Shown piece by piece: positions 51,089 through 60,300 of a stretch of DNA of 64,000 bases. Origin of the DNA: an uncultured bacterium. Lineage in GTDB: Bacteria > Acidobacteriota > Thermoanaerobaculia > Multivoradales > JAHZIX01. The notes beneath the pieces are model-generated. The model was not told the origin of the DNA. It did not search any database and saw nothing but the letters and a program-made list of their open reading frames with translations. Each line of letters starts with the position of its first letter. Within the stretch, counting starts at the first letter, position 1. The position numbers were made by a program, and so were the translations under genes. The stretch covers positions 96,001 to 160,000 of the forward strand of contig CBDUPA010000001.1 of NCBI GenBank assembly GCA_965368975.1, given 5' to 3'.

Positions 51089-51285
51089 GTCAGGGCATCC
51101 TACTCGTTTCGACTTTTGCCGTCATCTATGCTAGAAAACGCCGGTTATCGCCCACCTGCCATGCAAGATCTGCCAGCGCCCGATCCACTCCTGAAGAACC
51201 TGTCACCTTGAAAGATCTCCCATCCAGCTAGACGGTTGATGGCCTGTCGCCTGTCTAGCCCAAGACCGGAGAGGTAAGAGACGCT

Positions 51286-53511
51286 ATGAGTCGACTCGAA
51301 ATTCCTCGTCTGCACGTTGCGGACATCGAACTGCCCCAGGAATGGGAGCGGTTGTACGACCTGGCCTACAACTTCTGGTGGTCCTGGACGCCGCGGGCTC
51401 GACGCCTGTTCTCGTTCATCGGTGACCAGGGCTGGGCGCGCTATCGCAATCCGGTGCAGATGCTGGTCAACGTGCCGCGCGAGCGCTGGGATGCCCTCGG
51501 GGCCAGTGAAACGTTCCGCGGCGAGTTCCGCGCGGTGATCCAGGCCTTCGACGCCTACATGGCTGGTGAGGACACATGGTTCCAGCGCCAGCATGGTCGC
51601 CAGCAAGGCGATCCGCTGGGCGACTGGGGCGGGGCGAACGGACGCAAGGGACCGATCGCGTACTTCTCGATGGAGTACGGCGTGCACCAGTGCCTGGCGA
51701 TCTATTCGGGCGGTCTCGGGGTGCTCAGTGGTGACCACTGCAAGAGCGCCAGTGACCTGGGTCTGCCTTTCGTCGCGGTCGGCTTGCTGTATCGACACGG
51801 CTACTTCCAGCAGGCGATCGACGCCGACGGGCTACAGCAGCACATTTACCCCGAATACGACTTCACCCGCTTGCCGCTACGGCCGGCGGCGTCGGGCACG
51901 GGGCGGCCGGTGATCGTGCAGATTCCGGTGCTCGATCGCGTCGTGCATGCCAAGCTGTGGGTGGCGCAGATCGGCCGCGTACCGTTGGTGCTGCTCGACA
52001 CGGACATTCTGGACAACGACCCGGCAGATCGTTCGATCAGCGACATCCTCTATGTGCGCGGGCGCGAGATGCGCCTGGTGCAGGAGATGGTGCTCGGCGT
52101 CGGTGGCGTGCGCGCCTTGCGCGCGCTGGGCATCGAGCCGTCGGTGTGGCACATGAACGAGGGGCACTGCTCGCTGCTGCAGCTCGAGCGTCTGCGCGAG
52201 CTACGCCAAGCACAGGACGGCGACGCGAACTTCGACTTCGACGCGGGCCTGGTTCAGCTGCGTCGCTCGACGGTGTTCACAACGCACACGCCGGTGCCAG
52301 CGGGCAACGAGCAGTTCGACGCCGTTTTGGCCGCACGGTACCTCGAGCCCTGGGCAGAGACGCTGGGCACGGATGTCGAGCGCTTGCAGAGGCTCGGCTG
52401 GGCTGACGGTGGCATGCACCAGTCGCTCAACCTCACCGCCCTGGCGCTGCGCACGACGTCGTTCACCAACGGTGTCAGCCAGCTCAACGCCGAGGTGGTC
52501 AACCGCATGTGGCAGCATCTCTACCAGGAGCCGGAGATCGCCGACTACGGTCCGATCGTCGGCATCACGAACGGCATCCACACAGCGACTTGGCTCGGCC
52601 CCGAGTTGCGCGACTTGCTGCGCAAGCACCTGGGCGAGGACTGGCAGGATCTGTTGCTCGACGAAGAGGGCTGGCGTCGCGTGCTCGACATCCCGGACGC
52701 CGAGATCTGGCGAGTGCACTTGCAGCAGAAGGAGCGCCTGGCTCGCTTCATGCGCTCGCGTCTGCGTGAGCAGTTTGCCCGCCATGGTTGCTCGCCGGAC
52801 GAGTTGCGCGCCGTCGAGCAGTTGTTCGACCCCGGCACCCTGACGCTGGCCTTCGCGCGCCGTTTCGCCACCTACAAACGCGCCAGCCTCTTGTTCAGCG
52901 ACCTAGTACGCCTACGTACGCTGCTCAACCAGCCCGGCCGTCCGGTGCAGATCCTGTTCGCCGGCAAGGCCCACCCCGCCGACCGTCCCGGCCAGGAACT
53001 GATCGAGCACATTTTCAAGCTGAGCAAGAGCGACAAGCTGCGCGGCAAGGTCTTCTTCGTCGAGAACTACGACATGCGCGTCGGGGCCATGCTGGTGCAG
53101 GGAGCCGACGTCTGGGTCAACACGCCGCGCCGTCCGCTCGAAGCCAGCGGCACCAGCGGTCAGAAGGCGGCCGCCAACGGTGCGCTCAACCTGAGCATCT
53201 CCGATGGCTGGTGGCCCGAAGGGTTCGATGGCGAGAACGGCTGGGTGATCGGTTCCGACGACGAGTACCACGACCAAGAACAGCAGGATCTCGACGATGC
53301 CGCGTCCTTCTATCAACTGCTCGAAGACGAGGTCGTGCCGTCGTACTATGACGAGGGCGAGGATGGCATCCCGCGCGCCTGGATCCAGCGAATGAAGCGG
53401 GCGATCCTGCTGGCGCCCAAGTTCTCGTCCAACCGCATGGTGCACGATTACGTCGAGCAGGCGTACGCTCCGGCGCATCAGCGCTACCTCGACCTCCTGG
53501 GAGAAGGATGA
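51286..53511 (+). CDS. glgP: Alpha-glucan (glycogen/maltodextrin) phosphorylase
   Basis: AYFSMEYG, YSGGLGVLSGDH, HMNEGH, FTTHTPVPAG, ITNGIH, FARRFATYKR, EASGTSGQKAAANG. Confidence 0.95.
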   Translation: MSRLEIPRLHVADIELPQEWERLYDLAYNFWWSWTPRARRLFSFIGDQGWARYRNPVQMLVNVPRERWDALGASETFRGEFRAVIQAFDAYMAGEDTWFQRQHGRQQGDPLGDWGGANGRKGPIAYFSMEYGVHQCLAIYSGGLGVLSGDHCKSASDLGLPFVAVGLLYRHGYFQQAIDADGLQQHIYPEYDFTRLPLRPAASGTGRPVIVQIPVLDRVVHAKLWVAQIGRVPLVLLDTDILDNDPADRSISDILYVRGREMRLVQEMVLGVGGVRALRALGIEPSVWHMNEGHCSLLQLERLRELRQAQDGDANFDFDAGLVQLRRSTVFTTHTPVPAGNEQFDAVLAARYLEPWAETLGTDVERLQRLGWADGGMHQSLNLTALALRTTSFTNGVSQLNAEVVNRMWQHLYQEPEIADYGPIVGITNGIHTATWLGPELRDLLRKHLGEDWQDLLLDEEGWRRVLDIPDAEIWRVHLQQKERLARFMRSRLREQFARHGCSPDELRAVEQLFDPGTLTLAFARRFATYKRASLLFSDLVRLRTLLNQPGRPVQILFAGKAHPADRPGQELIEHIFKLSKSDKLRGKVFFVENYDMRVGAMLVQGADVWVNTPRRPLEASGTSGQKAAANGALNLSISDGWWPEGFDGENGWVIGSDDEYHDQEQQDLDDAASFYQLLEDEVVPSYYDEGEDGIPRAWIQRMKRAILLAPKFSSNRMVHDYVEQAYAPAHQRYLDLLGEG

Positions 53512-53514
53512 ACC

Positions 53515-55059
53515 GTGGCTGGCGCGGACAAGAACCTCGAAGGCTTTGACGACCTCTTTGCCCGTTGGGGTGAGATCGACGACCTGATTGCTGCCGCCAA
53601 CCTGCTCAGCTGGGATCAAGAAACGTTCCTGCCCGCTGGAGCCCACGAAGCGCGCGGGCAGGTGCGGGCGACCCTCGCCGGTCTCAAGCACGACCGCATC
53701 ACCGATCCGGCGCTGGCAGAGCTGGCGATGCGCCTGGAAGCCGAAGCGGAGCCGGGCAGCGTCGAGCACGGGCAGGCGAGGCAAGCTCGCCGCGACATCG
53801 AGCGGGCTTCGAAGGTGCCGCGCAGCCTGAAGGAAGAGATCGCGCGCACCGAAGCCCGCGCCATCGCCGCCTGGCGGCAAGCACGCCAAGACGCCGACTT
53901 CGCCGTCTTCGCCCCGCACCTGGCACGCATGCTGGAACTCAAGCAGCAAGAAGCGGCCGCCATCGACCCGCGCGGTCGTCCCTACGATGTGTGGCTGGAC
54001 GAGTACGAACCGGAAATGACCGAGGCGCAGCTGGTGCCGGTGTTCCAAGACCTCACTGCCCAGCTGGCGCCGATGATTCGCGCCGTTGCAGAGAGCCGTA
54101 CCGAGGTCGACCTGTCGCCCGTCCGACGCGCGCCGAAGGAGGGCATCGAAGCTCCTTTCGCGGAGCCGGGGCAGCGTGCCTTCGTCGTCGAACTGTCCAA
54201 AGCCTTCGGCTTCGACTACCAGACCGGTCGTCTCGACCCCGCGCCGCACCCCTTCTGCTCCGGCATCCACGGCGACGACACCCGCCTGACCTGGCGCTGG
54301 GAAGAGCACGACCTGCGTCCCGGCCTGTTCGGTGTCCTGCACGAGACCGGCCACGGCATGTATGAGCAGGGTCTGCCGTCCGCGTGGCACCGTACACCAC
54401 TCGGCCAGACCACCTCGACGCTGATCCACGAGAGCCAGAGCCGCCTGTGGGAAAATCTCGTCGGTCGCAGCCGCGCCTTCTGGCGCTGGGCCCTGCCCAG
54501 AATGCACCAGCACCTGCCGGCGACGAAGGACGTCACTCTCGACGCCCTCTGGCCCGCGTTGCACGTCGTCGAACCGTCCTTGATTCGCGTCGAGGCCGAC
54601 GAAGGCACCTACAACCTGCACATCGCCGTCCGCTTCGACCTGGAGCGCGCCCTGTTCGCCGGGGATTTGAAGGTCGAGGACCTACCCGGCGCCTGGGACG
54701 ATGCTTACGAGAAGCTGCTCGGCCTGCGTCCGCCGGACACAGCGCAGGGCGTCCTGCAGGATATCCACTGGTCCCTCGGTGCCTTCGGCTACTTCCCGAC
54801 CTACACGCTCGGGACCCTGGCGAGCTGCCAGCTGTTCAACGCCGCGGTGCGGGATCTCGGAGATCTGGACGCGGACTTCGAGCAGGGCGAGTTCGGGCGT
54901 CTGCTGGCGTGGCTGCGCGAGAACGTCCACGCGCACGGCTGCCGGTACTCGGCGCAGGAGCTGCTGCGTCGGTGTACGGGGCGGGAGTTGGGAGCGGAGG
55001 ACTTCCTGGCGTATCTGCGGGGGGTGGTGGGGGAGGTTTACGGAGTCAAGGACAGCTGA
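53515..55059 (+). CDS. Carboxypeptidase, M32 (Taq-type) family
   Basis: HPF, HETGHGMYEQG (HExxH), HESQSRLWEN, IRVEADE, QDIHW, GYFPTYTLG. Confidence 0.93.
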   Translation: MAGADKNLEGFDDLFARWGEIDDLIAAANLLSWDQETFLPAGAHEARGQVRATLAGLKHDRITDPALAELAMRLEAEAEPGSVEHGQARQARRDIERASKVPRSLKEEIARTEARAIAAWRQARQDADFAVFAPHLARMLELKQQEAAAIDPRGRPYDVWLDEYEPEMTEAQLVPVFQDLTAQLAPMIRAVAESRTEVDLSPVRRAPKEGIEAPFAEPGQRAFVVELSKAFGFDYQTGRLDPAPHPFCSGIHGDDTRLTWRWEEHDLRPGLFGVLHETGHGMYEQGLPSAWHRTPLGQTTSTLIHESQSRLWENLVGRSRAFWRWALPRMHQHLPATKDVTLDALWPALHVVEPSLIRVEADEGTYNLHIAVRFDLERALFAGDLKVEDLPGAWDDAYEKLLGLRPPDTAQGVLQDIHWSLGAFGYFPTYTLGTLASCQLFNAAVRDLGDLDADFEQGEFGRLLAWLRENVHAHGCRYSAQELLRRCTGRELGAEDFLAYLRGVVGEVYGVKDS

Positions 55060-55062
55060 GCC

Positions 55063-55335
55063 TTGAGCGAAGAGAGATCAAAGCCCACCTTCGAGCTGAC
55101 GCAGCATGCGGATAGAGTTGTTCGCGAGCGCAAGATCAAGGTTGAGTGGGTAGAGAGGACTCTAGCCCAGCCGCAGTGGGCCGAGGCAGATAAGCAGGAC
55201 CCAGATCTCCACCATGCTCTTGCTGAGATTCCCGAGTTCGGTGGTCGGGTTCTGCGAGTTGTCTATAATCTGTCAGTGAAGCCGTGGCGAGTCGTGACGG
55301 CCTTCTTCGACCGGAGTCAGAGGAGACGGCAATGA
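55063..55335 (+). CDS. DUF4258-like protein (putative RelE/BrnT-like toxin)
   Basis: LTQHA..RERKI..EWVERTL, IPEFGGRVLRVVYN, VVTAFFDR. Coupled to DUF2283 by an ATGA overlap. Confidence 0.8.
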   Translation: MSEERSKPTFELTQHADRVVRERKIKVEWVERTLAQPQWAEADKQDPDLHHALAEIPEFGGRVLRVVYNLSVKPWRVVTAFFDRSQRRRQ

Positions 55336-55532
55336 GACTGCACTTCGACGAGCAAGCTGATGCGCTGTACCTACGCTTGGATGAGTCCGAGATCGTGGAA
55401 TCAGAAGAAGTGCAGCCGGGGATCATGCTCGACTACAACCAGCAGGATCAGCTGGTCGGTATCGAGATCCTGCGTGTACGGCAGCGTGTTCCGAGCGCGG
55501 ATCTGAAGCACGTCCAGCTCGAGGTCGCCTGA
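55332..55532 (+). CDS. DUF2283-family protein (putative antitoxin)
   Basis: MRLHFDEQADALYLRL...IVESEEVQPGIMLDYN...LVGIEIL. RBS AGGAG. Confidence 0.88.
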   Translation: MRLHFDEQADALYLRLDESEIVESEEVQPGIMLDYNQQDQLVGIEILRVRQRVPSADLKHVQLEVA

Positions 55533-55535
55533 GGT

Positions 55536-56291
55536 TTAGTCTTCCAACACCGAAGCCAAGTGATGCGCCCGCCGCGTCGTTTCCGGCAGGCGATACTTGG
55601 GCGTGCACGCCAGTACCCACGCCACCGCGCTCTCCAAGCCGACCCGATGCCCCGGTGACACGAACAGCGGCTTGACGCCGTCACGGCTGCGCAGCACGGC
55701 CCCGACGACTTCTTCGTCTTCGCCCTTCCGGGCATGCCGCAGCGGCGTCCACGAGCCCTTCTCGCGTCCGGGCTCGTCGTGGGTACCGATCAGTCGACTC
55801 TTGGCCACACCGATTGCAGGCACGTCGAGCAGCAGTCCGAGGTGACACGCCAGGCCGAAGCGTCGCGGGTGCGCCCAGCCTTGACCGTCGCACAGGATGA
55901 GGTCGGGCTGTACGCTGAGCTCTCCGAAGGCTTCGAGCGCGGCCGGGATCTCGCGGAAGGAGAGAAGGCCGGGGATGTAGGGGAAGTCGGTGGGACGGCG
56001 GATCAGGACCTGGTCGACGACGTCGAGGTCCGGGAACGACAGCACCACGATGGCGGCGCGGGTGATGGCGTAGCGCGCTTTGAACGGCCCCCAGCCGGAC
56101 GTCGCTACGCCTTCCGCGGCTTCGAAGCCGATGTCGACTCCGGCGACGTGGCGGACCGAGTCCTCGTCAGCGGTCGTACCGGGTGGCGGACCGAGCAGAT
56201 CGTCGCGGATCACCTGCGGGGCCAGTCGCTCTTGGATGGCAATGGCTTCCTGGGTGTTGACGTCCCAGGGATGGCTGAGGTCTGCGTCCAC
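55536..56291 (-). CDS. nfi: Endonuclease V
   Basis: [63 protein letters not shown]. Confidence 0.95.
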   Translation of the reverse strand: MDADLSHPWDVNTQEAIAIQERLAPQVIRDDLLGPPPGTTADEDSVRHVAGVDIGFEAAEGVATSGWGPFKARYAITRAAIVVLSFPDLDVVDQVLIRRPTDFPYIPGLLSFREIPAALEAFGELSVQPDLILCDGQGWAHPRRFGLACHLGLLLDVPAIGVAKSRLIGTHDEPGREKGSWTPLRHARKGEDEEVVGAVLRSRDGVKPLFVSPGHRVGLESAVAWVLACTPKYRLPETTRRAHHLASVLED

Positions 56292-56299
56292 TAGGGGCT

Positions 56300-57067
56300 T
56301 CAGTCCTCGACGCCCAGCTCGACCTTCAGTTCGTGCAAGCCATCCTTGAGCGTCGCCAACTCGCCGCGCGCTTCTTGCAGTTCCTCGCGCAGTGCTTTCA
56401 CCTCGTCTTCCAGCTCCTCGACGCGTAGCCTCAAGCCCGATCCAGGAGGAGTACCAGCAGGAGCACGGGCGATGGCGGCTTGCAGTGCTTCGTCGCTCGG
56501 GCCAGTGAAGCTCGTGCCAGTAGAGCTTCCAGTGCTGGCAGTGGTTCCGGCGGGCTCGTCCGCCTGGTCGACTTCACTGCCCAGCAAATGCGTCCAGCGC
56601 GTCTCTTTCTGGCCCGGCCGTCGCGCTAGCTCGACGACCAGGGGTTCGGTACCTTCGGCCATCCTCTGCAGCGCTGCGGCGACGTCGTCGACGGTGTCGA
56701 AGCTGTGCATGCGACCGCTGCGGGTGCGCAGTTCGCCGGCGGTTTGCGCACCGCGCAGGAAGAGCAGCGTCAGGATCGCCTTGCTGCCCGGGTTCAGGCT
56801 CAGGCGGCGGCTGAGGCTCTGGCTCCAGCGTTCGACTCGGGCGCCTTCGCTGCGCCAGACCAGGACGTGCTGGCGCAGACGTTCGAGGGCGTCGACGACC
56901 TGGGTTTCACTCAGCTGCATCACCGGATCGCGGCCGGTCTTTTGATTGCAGGCGGCGATCAAGGTGTTGACGGTCAGGGGGTAGGCGTCCGGTGTCGTCT
57001 GCTCCTTCTCCAGCAGAGCGCCGAGGACGCGTTGTTCGAGGGTGTCGAGCGGACGGGGCAGCTTCAT
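56300..57067 (-). CDS. YceH/DUF480 family protein
   Basis: [60 protein letters not shown]-terminal coiled coil. Confidence 0.9.
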   Translation of the reverse strand: MKLPRPLDTLEQRVLGALLEKEQTTPDAYPLTVNTLIAACNQKTGRDPVMQLSETQVVDALERLRQHVLVWRSEGARVERWSQSLSRRLSLNPGSKAILTLLFLRGAQTAGELRTRSGRMHSFDTVDDVAAALQRMAEGTEPLVVELARRPGQKETRWTHLLGSEVDQADEPAGTTASTGSSTGTSFTGPSDEALQAAIARAPAGTPPGSGLRLRVEELEDEVKALREELQEARGELATLKDGLHELKVELGVED

Positions 57068-57120
57068 GAGGTGATTATAGGCCGTGGCTGTTCCTTGGAA
57101 GGACAGTGAAATGGAGAGAT

Positions 57121-57207
57121 CTGGGTAGAGGCACCCCCATGTGGGTGCCCTCCGGATCCGGATGCGGCCTCGCCGCAGGGCGGCCACATGGGGCCGCCCC
57201 TACCCAG
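57121..57207. repeat. Inverted doublet of GTAG-type REP elements (REPIN/BIME-like)
   Basis: CTGGGTAGAGGCACCCCCATGTGGGTGCCC (57121-57150) and, on the minus strand, CTGGGTAGGGGCGGCCCCATGTGGCCGCCC (57207-57178). Each is GTAG followed by a hairpin. Confidence 0.8.
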
Positions 57208-57314
57208 AAGGGCGGCAAGCACGGGTGGCTCCGTGCTGCCAGCTCAAGACCGTAATTGCCGAAACACGTAGTTCTCTTGCCCCACGGACGGACTCGCGGT
57301 CTAATCTAGCCGCC

Positions 57315-60300
57315 ATGTCAGAACTAACCTCTCGCCTTGCCAAACTCAGCCCAGCTCAGCGGGCACTCCTGGAACAACGACTGGCCAAGAAGGCCCTGGA
57401 CGTCGACGACCTGGCGCGTCGGGACGCGGCGCGGGAAGAGGCCGGAGATGCAGCCGCGGCGCTGGCCAGTACTCCGATCGCCAAGCGTGCCTCGACGGAT
57501 GATCCGCCGCCGTTGTCGCTCGACCAGGAGCGCATCTACTTCATCCATCACCTGAATCCCGACAGCCCGTTCTACAACATCATCAGCGCCGGCCGCTTCC
57601 GGGGACGCATGCGCATGGACCTGTTGAACCGGGCGCTCAACGAGGTGGTGCGCCGGCACGAGAATCTGCGCACGCGCTTCGAGCTGCGCGCTGGTGCGCC
57701 GGTGCAGATCATCGAGCCGACGCTGACGATGCACGTGCCGCTGCTCGATCTGCGTGCTCTCGGTGAGCGCGCCCAGCCGCTGGCGGATGCGCTGGTGTCG
57801 CGTTGTCTGGGCACGGCGTTCGCTCTCGACCGCTTGCCGCTGGGGCAGGGGCTGGTGCTGCAGGTCGCCGACGAGGAGTTCATCTGGCCGACGGTCTACC
57901 ACCACATCGTCATCGACTGGGTGAGCTGGGCGCTGTTCCAGCGCGAGATCGTGCTGCTCTACGACGCCTTTGCCGAGGGCCGCGAGCCTCCCCTGCCCGA
58001 GCTGCCGGAGCTGCGGGTCCAGTACGCCGACTATGCCGTGTGGCAGCGGCAAACACTCACCGACGCGACGCTGTCGGCGCAGCTCGACTACTGGCGGCGC
58101 ACGCTGGCCGAGGCACCGCACGTCACCGAGTTGCCGCTCGATCACCCGCGGCCGGCGCTGCAGCGCGGCGAGGGCAAGCGTTGCTTCCGCACCCTGGCGG
58201 CGGATGCGTCCGAGGCCTTCCGAGCCTTGACGCGCAAGGAAGGCGTCACGTTTTTCATGGCCTTCCTGGCGCTCTACAAGGCGCTGGTGCTGCGCCTGAC
58301 CGGGCAGCGCAAGGTGGTCATCGGCTCACCGACGACGGCGCGCAACCATCCCGATCTGGAACCACTGATCGGCTACTTGCTCTACCACTTGCCGTTCTAC
58401 ACTGAGCTGGATGGCGCGCTGAGCTTCCGGCAAGCGCTGGCGCGGGTACGCACGTCGACGGTTGGTGTCTTCAGTCACAGCGACACGCCTTTTGCCAAGT
58501 TGGTCGAACTGGTCGATCCGCCGCGCGACCCGAGCCGCATGCCGTTGACACAGCTGGTCTTTCTCTTCCTCAACCCGCAGGGGCTGCATACGCAGCTGGG
58601 GGCGCGGGAGATGTCCGGGCTGGAGGTGCTGCCCTACGATTTCGACGGCGAGAGTTCGAAGTTCGACGCCACCTTCATCGTCTGGGATTTCCAGCCCTTC
58701 CGTATGTGGATCGAGTACAACTCCGAACTCTTCGACGTCACCACTGCCGACCGTCTGGCACGTCAGTACGAAGCGCTGCTGTGCGGGGTGGCCGGGGATG
58801 CCGACACGCCCTTGAGCGAGCTGCCGCTGCTCACTGCCGCGGAACGGCACCAGCTGGCGGTGGAGCGCAATGCGGTCTTTCTCGAACCTCCGACGCAGCG
58901 GAGCACGGGTACGCCGCCGGAGCGTTTCGTCCAGTGGGCCGAGCGCCAGCCGGACGCCACGGCGATCGTTCACGGCCGCGCGCACGTGAGCTACGGCGAG
59001 CTGGCGCGCCGCGCGGCGGCGGTCGCGATGCGCCTGCGGGCGCAGGGAGTCGGCCGCGGATCGTTCGTCGGCCTGAGCCTGGAGCGCTGCGCCGATCTCT
59101 TCGTGGGGCTGCTGGGAATCCAGTTCGCAGGTGCGGCGTACGTGCCGATCGATCCGGCGTATCCGCGCGAGCGGCGCGAGTTCCTGGCCGTGGACAGTGG
59201 GGTGGAGGTGATGGTGGATGCGGCGTGGATGGGCGGACTTACCCCCACCCGGGCGCAATGCCTTGCGCCCCTACAGACCGCCCACCGCCCGAACGTTACG
59301 CAGGATTCGGACGCCTCTACGCCCTCTGGTCTCGCGCCCGACCTCCTCGATCCTGCCTACGTCATCTACACCTCTGGCTCGACCGGCAAACCCAAGGGGG
59401 TGGTTCTGTCGCACCACAACACCTCCCGTCTGCTCGACGCCACCGACCCCTGGTTCCGTTTCGGTCCGGACGATGTCTGGGCGCTCTTTTTCTCCTTCGC
59501 CTTCGACTTCTCGACCTGGGAGATCTGGGGTGCGCTGGCGTGCGGTGGCCGGTTGGTGGTGCCGTCGTGGCAGGCAACGCGCGATCCGCGGCGGCTGGCG
59601 GCGGACCTCGTGCGCGGCGGAGTGACGGTGCTCAACCAGACGCCATCGTCCTTCCGGGGTCTGATTCCGGAGATGATTCGTGAGGCCGATGAAGGTTCGG
59701 GGTCTACGTCTATCGAGTGGGTGATCTTCGGTGGAGAAGCGTTGGAGTCGAGGATGCTTCGGCCCTGGTTCGGCCGATTCGGCGCTGATGATCGGCTCGG
59801 CGCGCCAGCGCCGAAGCTGATCAACATGTACGGCATCACCGAGACGACCGTGCACGTCACCTGGCGTCGCATGCTGCCGCCCGACTGCGACGACGCACGC
59901 AGCCTGATCGGTGTGCCGATGCCGGATCTGCGGCTGTACGTGATCGACCGTTGGCTCAATCTCCTGCCACTGTCCATCCCCGGGGAGCTGGCGGTGGCGG
60001 GTGAGGGGCTGGCCCAGGTCTACCTGCACCGGCCATCGACGACGGCCCAGCGCTTCGTGCCGGATCCTTTCGCGTCCAGCCCCGGTAGCGCAGCCGGAGC
60101 CGGACGCCTGTACCGCAGCGGCGACCTGGTGCGCGCGCGGGTGGACGGTGAGTTGGAGTATCTGGGGCGCATCGACCAGCAGGTGAAGATCCGTGGTTTC
60201 CGCGTCGAAGTAGGAGAGGTCGAGGCGGCGCTCGAAGCACTGCCGGCGGTGCGCGACGCGGTGGTGCTGGTGCACACGCTGCCGACGGTGCGGCTGGTCG

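Noticed and set aside
51226-51259. GCTAGAC...GTCTAGC inverted repeat between malQ and glgP
   Set aside because: 7-bp arms with a long spacer and no recognisable operator consensus.
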